A stretch of DNA of 64,000 nt from an uncultured Oribacterium sp. (GTDB lineage Bacteria; Bacillota; Clostridia; Lachnospirales; Lachnospiraceae). The notes beneath the pieces are model-generated. The model was not told the DNA's origin, ran no database searches, and saw only the letters and a list, made by a program, of their open reading frames with translations. Made by a program: the position numbers and the translations under genes. Below, piece by piece: positions 1 to 8,183 of the stretch. Within the stretch, counting starts at the first letter, position 1. Each line of letters opens with the position of its first letter. The stretch is from contig CALAOB010000098.1 of NCBI GenBank assembly GCA_937927445.1, positions 6,515 to 70,514 on the forward strand, in the 5' to 3' direction.

Positions 1-42
1 CGCTGTCTGGGCTGTCAGTAGCTGTTTTTTCTTTCCAAACAT
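1..42 (-). CDS. peptide ABC transporter permease (OppC-like), first 14 codons only; gene runs off the window
   Basis: ATG at 40-42, 3 nt after the oppB stop. Encodes MFGKKKQLLTAQTA. Sits in the operon position after OppB. Confidence 0.4.
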   Translation of the reverse strand, partial: MFGKKKQLLTAQTA

Positions 43-44
43 AC

Positions 45-980
45 TTATTTACCGTCCTTTGCAAGTCTGATTCGCGGATCGATGATGCCATAGAGGATAT
101 CAACGACGAGCATGATGCCGATGTACATCGCGGAGTAGATGAAGGCGAGGGAGATGACGACGTTATAGTCGTTCGACTGGATCGCGTTGACCAGCAGTGA
201 GCCGACGCCCGGGATTGCGAAGATCTTCTCGACGACGAGGGAACCGGTCATGAGGTCGACGATCAGCGGTGCCAGGACCGTGATGATCGGAATCAGGGCG
301 TTCCGAAGTGCATGACGGAAAATCAGGGCGAATCCGGAGATACCCTTCGACTCCGCGAGCAGCATATAGTCGCTGTCGAGTACCTCCATCATCTCGGAAC
401 GGGTGAAACGTGCGATGGAGGCCATCGTGAACATCGAAAGGGAAATACTCGGCAGTGCGCTCGAGGCCATCGCCCGCTTCGCATCGAACAGCATCGGGAA
501 CAGCTTCATATTGAAGCCAAGCTGATAGCTCAGGAGCAGGGCGAATACATAGGACGGTACGGATACACCGATGACCGAGATCACCGTGCAGAGGGTGTCG
601 ACCCAGGTGTCGTGGCGAAGCGCCGCGATGAGGCCGAGGATGAGGCCGACGACGGCACCGAGGCTGACCGCAGCACCACCGATACGGATGGAGATCGGAA
701 GACGGGTTGCGATGAGCTGGGAAATCGGGGTGTTCTTCGAGATATTGTAGCTGACACCGAAGTCACCGGTCAGCATGTTCTTGACATAGCGGAAAAACTG
801 CACGATGACGGGCTGATCGAGGCCGTACTTCGCATACAGTGCGGCGCGCTGCGCATCATTCAGCTTCTCATCATTGAACGGTGATCCCGGCATCAGCTGC
901 ATCAGGATAAAGAGCACCAGTAAAATGACGAGGAGGGTGAAGATCGAGGTCAACACTCGCTTGGTTACATACTTTTTCAC
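45..980 (-). CDS. oppB: oligopeptide/dipeptide ABC transporter permease
   Basis: 311-aa ORF with a GTG start preceded by AGGGAGG. Multi-TM permease with the N-terminal LMQLMPGSPF motif typical of OppB/DppB. Confidence 0.9.
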   Translation of the reverse strand: MKKYVTKRVLTSIFTLLVILLVLFILMQLMPGSPFNDEKLNDAQRAALYAKYGLDQPVIVQFFRYVKNMLTGDFGVSYNISKNTPISQLIATRLPISIRIGGAAVSLGAVVGLILGLIAALRHDTWVDTLCTVISVIGVSVPSYVFALLLSYQLGFNMKLFPMLFDAKRAMASSALPSISLSMFTMASIARFTRSEMMEVLDSDYMLLAESKGISGFALIFRHALRNALIPIITVLAPLIVDLMTGSLVVEKIFAIPGVGSLLVNAIQSNDYNVVISLAFIYSAMYIGIMLVVDILYGIIDPRIRLAKDGK

Positions 981-1081
981 AATTACCTCCCTTTGGGCAT
1001 GAGCACGTACACTCTTCTGCCCTGTATACTACGGTTTAAGCCGTAGACACGTTCGAAAGCGCTCGAGATTCGATATCTTCT

Positions 1082-1115
1082 GCGATCAGCGTTCTGTTTT
1101 CGGAACGCTGATCGC
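1082..1115. other. 13-bp perfect hairpin in the oppA-oppB spacer (gcgatcagcgttc / gaacgctgatcgc)
   Basis: Inverted repeat read directly from the sequence. No U-tract on either strand. Likely an mRNA-stabilising or processing hairpin. Confidence 0.4.
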
Positions 1116-1181
1116 AAAAGAATTTACACACGTTTACTGAAGCGTTTCTGAGCCTGTCTATGGCATAAACCAGAAATGATA

Positions 1182-1205
1182 CAGGCCGCATTTTCATGCG
1201 GCCTG
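1182..1205 (-). terminator. intra-operon hairpin / partial terminator after oppA
   Basis: Stem caggccgca / tgcggcctg with a 6-nt loop, 30 nt after the oppA stop. Only a weak U-rich tail (UAUCAUUUCUGG) follows. Confidence 0.45.
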
Positions 1206-1238
1206 CTATCAAAAGAACTGTTTCAAACAATCAGATGA

Positions 1239-2969
1239 TCAGCCTTCGGTCTTTACAGCGTTCTTGTAAACTCTGTTGAGGGCTACCGGATGGAATTCAA
1301 CGCCGGTGACATTGGTGCTCAGCATCTCTGCATTGCACTGTGTGTACAGCGGGAAGATCACGGACTGATCCATGACGATCTTCTCAGCATCGTACATTGC
1401 AGACCAGCGACCCTCCGGATCGGTTGCGAGATCACCAGTGGTGCACTTTGCGATGATGTCATCGTAATCGGTGCTGGACCATAAACCGTAGTTGTTGGAG
1501 CAGCCGGTCGTCCACATGCCGAGGTATGTCATCGGATCTGCGTAGTCAGGGCCCCATCTGGTAAGACCAAGCTGGTAGTTACCATCCTGAAGATCCTGTA
1601 CTCTCTGCTTCTTCGGCTCTACCGTCAGGGTGATGGTGAGGCCAGGAAGCGCGGTCTGCCACTGCTCCTGAAGAACGGTTGCAACCTTCTGAGGTGCATC
1701 ATCGGCATCGACAACCATATCAAGTGTCAGAGAAGTGATGCCGAGCTCATCGAGACCCTTCTGCCAGTACTCTGCTGCCTTTGCGGTATCATCTGCACAT
1801 ACATCCTGGAACTTGCTCTGATCTGCGGAGAAATCGGATCCGTCAGGACCAGCTGCGAAATCCATCGGAACGGCAGTGTAGGTCGGCTTCGAACCATCCT
1901 TCAGGACATCCTCACAGATCGCGGTACGATCGATTGCGAAGGTAAGTGCCTTACGGATGTTGTCATTGGCCAGCTCTGGAACGGCGCTGATGTTCGGTGT
2001 TACATACCAGAGGTATCCGGCACCGACGGCCTTGAATGCAGGATCATCCTGTACCTGGTCAACCTGATCACCATTGAGAAGGGTGAGGTCGAGGTCGCCG
2101 CTCTGGTAGGAAAGAAGTGCCTGCTGTGAATCCTGGATGACCTGATAATCGATACCGGCAAGCTTGATCTTGTCTGCATCGTAGTAATCTGCGTTCTTCG
2201 TGAGGTGAATCTCGGTTGCTGCCGGCTCATAGGAGTCGAGAACGAATGCACCGTTCGAAAGCGTGGTCGCCGGAGATGTACCGTAGGTATCCGGGCAGGT
2301 GTTGAAGAACTCCTCGTTGACCGGATAGAAGGTCGGGAAGTACATCAGGGACAGGAAGTAGGAAACCGGTGCGTTCAGCTCCACCTGTAAGGTGTTGTCA
2401 TCGACAGCCGTTACACCGAGCTCGGACTTGTCCTTTGTGCCGTCGATGATCTCAGCGGCATTCTTTACCTGGCCGATGTCGGAAAGCATGTATGCATACT
2501 CGGAAGCAACATCCGGATCGACGGCTCTCTGCCAGCCGAATACGAAATCCTTCGCGGTTACCGGTGTGCCATTGGACCACTTCGCATCCTTACGAAGGTG
2601 GAAGGTCCAGGTAAGACCATCATCGGAGGTCTCCCAGCTCTCTGCGATGGCTGCAATGGCTGCACCACTGGCATCCATCTGTGTCAGACCATCGGTGTAG
2701 TTTGCCATCACCTCGAATGAGGTACCATCGGTTGCCTGCTGCGGATCGAGGGACATAACCGGCGTCTCCAGCATAACCTTGAGGTCAGATGTAGAAACGG
2801 TTCCGGTCGCCTCGGCAGCGGCAGCGGTTTCACCAGCAGCTGCAGTGCCGGCAGCCTCGGTCGCAGCAGCTGCGGTCGTCTCCTGATATGCAGAAGATCC
2901 ACAAGCCGCCATGCTGAGGACCATCGCACCAGCAGTTACGGTCGCAACAAGTGCTCTTGTCTTTTTCAT
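1239..2969 (-). CDS. oppA: peptide ABC transporter substrate-binding lipoprotein (SBP family 5)
   Basis: 576 aa with a signal peptide and lipobox LSMAAC. Length and sequence match OppA/DppA-type binding proteins. AAGGAGGAG SD upstream. Confidence 0.9.
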   Translation of the reverse strand: MKKTRALVATVTAGAMVLSMAACGSSAYQETTAAAATEAAGTAAAGETAAAAEATGTVSTSDLKVMLETPVMSLDPQQATDGTSFEVMANYTDGLTQMDASGAAIAAIAESWETSDDGLTWTFHLRKDAKWSNGTPVTAKDFVFGWQRAVDPDVASEYAYMLSDIGQVKNAAEIIDGTKDKSELGVTAVDDNTLQVELNAPVSYFLSLMYFPTFYPVNEEFFNTCPDTYGTSPATTLSNGAFVLDSYEPAATEIHLTKNADYYDADKIKLAGIDYQVIQDSQQALLSYQSGDLDLTLLNGDQVDQVQDDPAFKAVGAGYLWYVTPNISAVPELANDNIRKALTFAIDRTAICEDVLKDGSKPTYTAVPMDFAAGPDGSDFSADQSKFQDVCADDTAKAAEYWQKGLDELGITSLTLDMVVDADDAPQKVATVLQEQWQTALPGLTITLTVEPKKQRVQDLQDGNYQLGLTRWGPDYADPMTYLGMWTTGCSNNYGLWSSTDYDDIIAKCTTGDLATDPEGRWSAMYDAEKIVMDQSVIFPLYTQCNAEMLSTNVTGVEFHPVALNRVYKNAVKTEG

Positions 2970-3047
2970 AACTTACTCCTCCTTGAAAAGTAGAAAACGC
3001 AATGGGTTAACCGGTAAAAAACTAGCACTCCATTGCGCGATGGTGAA

Positions 3048-3076
3048 AGTATATAACTTTACATTATTAAAGTCCA
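3048..3076 (-). promoter_or_regulatory. candidate sigma-A promoter of the opp operon (TGGACT-17-TATACT)
   Basis: Hexamers with a 17-nt spacer in the AT-rich region upstream of oppA. Motif only. Confidence 0.4.
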
Positions 3077-3251
3077 GCGCATGAATCCGTTAAACTATAG
3101 CGATTCGTCACAGCTAATATAACATATGCAAATAGTAAACCGATTAAGTTATGACAAAAACGAGATATTAGACACATTTCGATATGTCTATAAATATATT
3201 TTTGCAAAAGTAATGAAATATATAAAACTTATTTATATATCCTGGATTCAT

Positions 3252-3301
3252 ATAAAAAAGCTGGTACCGGTGCTCTACAATAAGCAGCACTCGATACCAG
3301 C
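3252..3301 (-). terminator. rho-independent terminator of the ABC-F gene
   Basis: Long hairpin gctggtaccggtgct...agcactcgataccagc followed by UUUUUU on the minus strand, about 28 nt after the stop. Confidence 0.75.
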
Positions 3302-3328
3302 CATTTATATTCCTTTACATTTATACAA

Positions 3329-5269
3329 TCAGTTTTTACTGATTTGTTCCTGAAGGTCAGAAAGATACGCCCAGCGCTCCATCTTTTCGTCGAGTAGCGC
3401 CTCCTTCTCTTCCTTTTCCTGTGTGAGCTCATGGAGCTTGATGAAATCCTTTGCGTACTGCATCATTTCGTCGTCAATGGCGGCGATGCGGGTTTCGAGG
3501 GCGTCGATGTCAGCCTCGATGGTCTCCCACTCCTTCTTCTCCTTATAGGACATGCGGAGCTGGTGACGGTCCCGGTTTGAGCTCGTCGGGCTGCTGTCTC
3601 CGGACGCCGCAGCTGCGGTTTCACCGGATATGCTGCCGCTGGCCGTGTTGTCCTGCGCGGTGACGATGCTGCGGTCGCCTGTATTGGCCGAAGATTTCGG
3701 AAAGGACAGGCTGTTTCCGCCGGTGCCGCCGATGGAGCCGGCCTTCGAGAAGTTCGGGTCCTCCTCTGGATGGCGGCGCAGATACTCGACCTGATAATCG
3801 GTGTAGCCGCCCTCGTACTGGCTGATCCGACCGTCGCCCTCGAAAGCGAAGATGCGGTTCACAACACGGTCGAGGAAGTAGCGGTCATGGGATACCGTGA
3901 TCACGATGCCGTCGAAGTGATCGAGGTAATCCTCGAGGATGGTCATCGTGCGGATATCGAGGTCGTTTGTCGGCTCGTCGAGGATGAGGACATTCGGCTC
4001 GGACATGAGGACGCGAAGCAGGTAGAGACGACGCTTCTCGCCGCCACTCAGCTTCTCGACCTTCATGTACTGCACGGAAGGCGGGAACAGGAAGCGGTCG
4101 AGCATGTTACTGGCACTGATGAGGCCGTCCACAGTATGGACGTACTCGCCGATGGAAGTCATCGCATCGATCACGCGCTGGTTTCCATCGAGTGCCTCGT
4201 TCTCCTGACTGAAATAGCCGATCCGCACGGTCTGGCCGATATTGATCTCGCCGCTGTCCGGGGTCTCCCAGCCGGTGATCATCTTGACGAGGGTCGACTT
4301 GCCGGCGCCGTTCGGACCGATGATGCCGACGCGGTCATTTCGCAGGAAGTTGTAGTTGAAATGATCGAGGAGCACATGTCCGTCGTAGGCCTTACATACA
4401 TCGACAAGCTCGATCGTCGACTTGCCGAGACGGGTTTTGATGGAGCTCAACTTCAGCTCCTCTTCCTCCGTCGGTCCGTGCATCGCAGAGAGCTTTTCAT
4501 AGCGCTGGAGACGGCCCTTCTGCTTCGTGGTACGTGCCTTCGCACCGCGCATCACCCACTTCAGCTCGTTCCGGAGGATATTCTGACGTGTCCGCTCCTT
4601 CGCGTGGGCGATGTCCATGCGCTCGGCCTTCAGCTCGAGGTAGCCGGCGTAGTTTGCCTTATAGCTGTAGAGTTTGCCCTGATCAAGCTCTACGATGCGG
4701 TCGCAGATCTCATCGAGGAAGTAGCGGTCATGGGTGACCATCAGCAGTGTTCCCTTATAGCGCTTGAGGTAGTCCTCGAGCCACTCGGACATCGCGCCGT
4801 CGAGATGGTTCGTCGGCTCGTCAAGGATCAGCAGATCGGCAGTGCTGAGCAGGGTACTTGCGAGCGCCACACGCTTCTTCTGTCCGCCTGAGAGCTCCCC
4901 GATCTTCCGGCTGAAGTCGTTCTCGCCGAGCTTCGACAGAAACTTCTTTGCTTCCGTCTCGAGGTCCCATACGTGCTGGTGGCCCTCGTTGTCATGCAGG
5001 ATCGCCTCCAGGATGGTATCCTCCGGGTCGAAGGACGGGGTCTGCGGGAGGAAACGGATCTCGAGCTCACGGCGCATCGCCATGCTGCCCTCATCCGGCT
5101 CCTCGAGCCCCGCGATGATGCGAAGCAGCGTCGACTTACCGGTCCCGTTCACGCCGATCAGCGCGACCTTCTCGCCCTCGTTGATGGAAAAATCCGTGTC
5201 ATTAAAAATCTGCCGCTCGGTATAAACCTTGCTGAGATGTTCGATCGTAACGATGTTGTTCTGTGCCAT
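3329..5269 (-). CDS. ABC-F family ATPase (Uup/YheS-like, no membrane domain)
   Basis: 646 aa with two Walker A motifs (GVNGTGKST, GPNGAGKST) and two LSGG signatures. Has an inter-domain linker and a C-terminal coiled-coil tail. Confidence 0.9.
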   Translation of the reverse strand: MAQNNIVTIEHLSKVYTERQIFNDTDFSINEGEKVALIGVNGTGKSTLLRIIAGLEEPDEGSMAMRRELEIRFLPQTPSFDPEDTILEAILHDNEGHQHVWDLETEAKKFLSKLGENDFSRKIGELSGGQKKRVALASTLLSTADLLILDEPTNHLDGAMSEWLEDYLKRYKGTLLMVTHDRYFLDEICDRIVELDQGKLYSYKANYAGYLELKAERMDIAHAKERTRQNILRNELKWVMRGAKARTTKQKGRLQRYEKLSAMHGPTEEEELKLSSIKTRLGKSTIELVDVCKAYDGHVLLDHFNYNFLRNDRVGIIGPNGAGKSTLVKMITGWETPDSGEINIGQTVRIGYFSQENEALDGNQRVIDAMTSIGEYVHTVDGLISASNMLDRFLFPPSVQYMKVEKLSGGEKRRLYLLRVLMSEPNVLILDEPTNDLDIRTMTILEDYLDHFDGIVITVSHDRYFLDRVVNRIFAFEGDGRISQYEGGYTDYQVEYLRRHPEEDPNFSKAGSIGGTGGNSLSFPKSSANTGDRSIVTAQDNTASGSISGETAAAASGDSSPTSSNRDRHQLRMSYKEKKEWETIEADIDALETRIAAIDDEMMQYAKDFIKLHELTQEKEEKEALLDEKMERWAYLSDLQEQISKN

Positions 5270-5279
5270 ACTCTTTTAC

Positions 5280-6476
5280 TTACTTTCCTTCTGTCTGTCT
5301 TATGGCGCGCCAGTAGTAGATGCCGTCCCGCATCGTGCGCTCCACGAAACCGATGTCGTGCAGATACTCGAGGATGCTGAAGGTTTTCGTGATCAGCATT
5401 TTGTACGTGAAGAAGGCGGCCTCATCCGCCGGATCATCATCCATATGATAGAGCTGCTTCGCGATATCATGGACGGTCCACGCTCCGGATCCGATGCTGC
5501 GCTTCGCTGCCACCGCCGCTGCCTTCACGGTGTCCGGCAGACTGTGGTTGGATGAAGCACTCTCTTCTGGAGCATTGCCCTTCATGATGTCCAGTGCACT
5601 CGTGCTTTTACTGAGATAGCTGTACACGATGCTGTCGACATCCTGCGCAACATCCCGGATCGGCTCGCCATGGGCCGGAATGATGGTCCAGTCGGCGTAG
5701 TGTTCCTTGATGTCCCTGAGTGACGCGAACATCCCTTCCAGCAGATGCTCATCCGGATAGGTCGTCGCCACGATCGGTGATACGCCATGGATCAGCTGAT
5801 CTGCAACAAAAAGGATCTTCTTCTCGTGATCCATGAGTCCCATCTGTCCATAGGTATGGCCCTTTAAAGGATAGGCACTGAAATGATAGTCGCCATAGAC
5901 GAACACATCTCCTGCGGAGAGCGCCGTGTAGGGAAAACCCAGGATCGCGAGCACCCACTCTCCATGCTGCTGTACACGCTCGGAAACCTTCATAAAGGCC
6001 TCCCAGGCATACGGCGTGCGCTCCGCTGTTATACCGGTCGAACGAAGAACACTCTTCTGCGCAGTCAGCGATTCCTCGCTCACGCGATACGCGAGGCAGT
6101 CATAAGGGTGACGTTCTTCCGCCGGATTCATGAAGATATGCGCGCCTTCCGAGGCGAAGCTCCCCGCCAGCCCGGAGTGATCATGATGGCGATGGGTCAG
6201 GAAGATATCAAGCTGATCTGCCGGGATTTCAAGCGCCGCCAGCGCTGCCTGCAGCTTCCGGTGGCAGTCCTCCTGCCGGAAGCCCGTATCGATCATCAGA
6301 CTGCGTCCCTCATGGACCGAAGGATTCCCCTTGATGATATAGATTTTGATGCAGCTCACACCCTGCTCGATCGTCGTATCGGTGAGACTGACGCAGAAAA
6401 TTCCCGGAAGGATTTCCGTATAAAGATCATTTTCCATTGCACTCTTCATGTCGCACTCCACTATGCTTCTGTTCAT
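5280..6476 (-). CDS. MBL-fold metallo-hydrolase
   Basis: Contains the HRHHDHSG (HxHxDH) motif. The listed ORF runs to 6725, but that extension crosses tRNA-Trp. Realistic starts are ATG 6476 or ATG 6449, the latter with GGAG 6 nt upstream. Confidence 0.75.
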   Translation of the reverse strand: MNRSIVECDMKSAMENDLYTEILPGIFCVSLTDTTIEQGVSCIKIYIIKGNPSVHEGRSLMIDTGFRQEDCHRKLQAALAALEIPADQLDIFLTHRHHDHSGLAGSFASEGAHIFMNPAEERHPYDCLAYRVSEESLTAQKSVLRSTGITAERTPYAWEAFMKVSERVQQHGEWVLAILGFPYTALSAGDVFVYGDYHFSAYPLKGHTYGQMGLMDHEKKILFVADQLIHGVSPIVATTYPDEHLLEGMFASLRDIKEHYADWTIIPAHGEPIRDVAQDVDSIVYSYLSKSTSALDIMKGNAPEESASSNHSLPDTVKAAAVAAKRSIGSGAWTVHDIAKQLYHMDDDPADEAAFFTYKMLITKTFSILEYLHDIGFVERTMRDGIYYWRAIRQTEGK

Positions 6477-6555
6477 ATCCTGTTCTGTTCTGATCTGAAG
6501 GCCGGCATGCGGAACATGCTGTCTTCCCGATGTGCCATCCTTCATCTTCAGATAC

Positions 6556-6587
6556 GAAAAAAGGAACCAGACCATCGTCTGATTCCT
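6556..6587 (-). terminator. rho-independent terminator after tRNA-Trp
   Basis: Minus-strand RNA reads AGGAAUCAGAC-GAUG-GUCUGGUUCCU followed by UUUUUU. Confidence 0.8.
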
Positions 6588-6596
6588 TCTCCTTCG

Positions 6597-6667
6597 CAGG
6601 GGTTGAGGGATTCGAACCCCCATGAGCGGTTTTGGAGACCGATATCTTACCATTGGATGAAACCCCT
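6597..6667 (-). tRNA. trnW: tRNA-Trp (anticodon CCA), no encoded 3' CCA
   Basis: Cloverleaf folded by hand: acceptor AGGGGTT/AACCCCT, anticodon loop CUCCAAA, T-arm GGGGG-TTCGAAT-CCCTC. Confidence 0.9.
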
Positions 6668-6696
6668 GTATGAGTCGTCGTTTTGACGACTCGTTT

Positions 6697-6725
6697 ATAA
6701 TACTCATTTTGCTGCTGTAAGTCAA
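6697..6725 (-). promoter_or_regulatory. sigma-A promoter of tRNA-Trp (TTGACT-17-TATTAT)
   Basis: Near-consensus hexamers with a 17-nt spacer, about 30 nt upstream of the tRNA 5' end. An 8-bp leader hairpin (gagtcgtc/gacgactc) lies between them. Confidence 0.65.
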
Positions 6726-6728
6726 GCA

Positions 6729-8112
6729 CTATTTCTTGAGAATTTTCACTGCCTCCCGGATGCTGCGCACCGGGACGAGCTCGCAGGCCGTCAGGTTCGG
6801 CTGCCGCAGCTTCTTCATATGAAAGGCCGGCAGCACGATCTTATGGAAGCCGAGGCGTGCCGCCTCTTCGATCCGCTGGTCGGCGTTCGATACGGCACGT
6901 ACCTCGCCACTGAGTCCCACCTCACCGAAGATCATCACGTCCTCCGGGATCTCGATATTCATATAAGAAGAAATCAGCGCCATGATGACGGCGAGGTCCA
7001 TGGACGGCTCGGCGATGCGCAATCCGCCGGTGATATTGACGTAGGCATCGTACTTTCCGATCTCGAGATTCAGCCGCTTTTCGACGATCGCGATCAGCAG
7101 GTTCAGGCGATTATAATCGATGCCGTTCGCCGTACGACGCGGCAGATTAAAGGCACTCGCTACGAGCAGGCCCTGGATCTCGATCAGCAGCGGACGCGTA
7201 CCCTCCATGCCGCAGGTGACGACCGAACCGCTGGCGCCGATCGGACGTCCGGAAAGCAGAAGCTCGGACGGATTCAGCACCTCATGCAGACCGGAGCCAT
7301 CCATTTCGAACACGGCGATTTCATTCGTCGAGCCGAAACGGTTCTTCTGTCCATGCAGGATGCGAAGGCTGCTGCCCGACTCACCCTCAAAAAAGAGGAC
7401 GACGTCGACCATATGCTCGAGGATCTTCGGGCCGGCGACCGTACCGTCCTTCGTCACATGACCGACGAGGAAGATCGCGATACCGCACTCCTTTGCGGTG
7501 CGCAACAGCTGGGCCGCCGACTCACGGACCTGGCTGACCGAGCCGGGGGCTGCCGTGACACTCTCGGTATACATCGTCTGGATGGAATCAATGACGACGA
7601 AGTCCGGCTTCTCCTCGCGGATGGTCTCGATGATGTTCTCGATATTCGTTTCTGTCATGAAGCGGAGATCACCAGAGATCGGTTTGAGACGCTCCGCCCG
7701 CAGCTTGATCTGCTTGAGGCTCTCCTCACCGGAGACATAGAGGACGGATTTCCCGTCATCTGCCGCCAGGTTTCGTGAAACCTCGAGGAGGATCGTCGAT
7801 TTTCCGATACCCGGGTCACCACCGAGCAGGACCATCGAGCCGACGACGATCCCACCGCCGAGCACACGGTCGAGCTCCTGGAAACCGGTAGGGATGCGAT
7901 CCTCCTTTTCGAGGGCGATTTCATCGACCCGTACCGGACTGCCGCGGTGGACGCGAGCCGGTGTTTCGACTGAAGCCGGAAGCCGGAGCTGCCTTCACGA
8001 CCGGTTCCTCCACGAAAGTATTCCATGCGCGGCAGCTCGGGCACTGGCCGAGCCACTTCGCGGATTCATAGCCACATTCCTTACAGAAGTAGCGTGATGT
8101 GCTTTTCGCCAT
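6729..8112 (-). pseudogene. radA: DNA repair protein RadA/Sms, reading frame broken by a 7-bp tandem duplication
   Basis: The N-terminal ORF (8112 down to 7921) encodes the C4 zinc finger MAKSTSRYFCKECGYESAKWLGQCPSC. The C-terminal ORF (to 6729) carries the RecA-like GDPGIGKST motif, KNRFG and a Lon-like domain. The two frames differ by +1. Removing one AGCCGGA copy gives a single 458-aa RadA. Confidence 0.85.
7974..7987. repeat. perfect 7-bp tandem duplication AGCCGGA x2 inside radA
   Basis: The sequence reads tgaAGCCGGAAGCCGGAgct directly. Confidence 0.95.
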
Positions 8113-8183
8113 AGTATTTCCTCGTATAAACAGCACGCACGGACATCGGGATGTTCGTGCGTAGCTGTCCATTCATTTCAGAT

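Noticed and set aside
3126-3353. 75-aa plus-strand ORF in the AT-rich opp promoter region (and the 3229-3432 minus ORF)
   Set aside because: It is a low-complexity Ile/Lys/Tyr-rich product of AT-rich intergenic DNA. It overlaps the ABC-F terminator and has no SD.
6477-6725. N-terminal 83-codon extension of the MBL hydrolase ORF
   Set aside because: The extension reads through tRNA-Trp, its terminator and its promoter. Better starts with an SD exist at 6476 and 6449.
7655-8056. 133-aa minus-strand ORF overlapping the radA break
   Set aside because: It lies in the third frame across radA. It has a Ser/Arg-rich composition and no homology-like motifs. The two RadA frames explain the locus.
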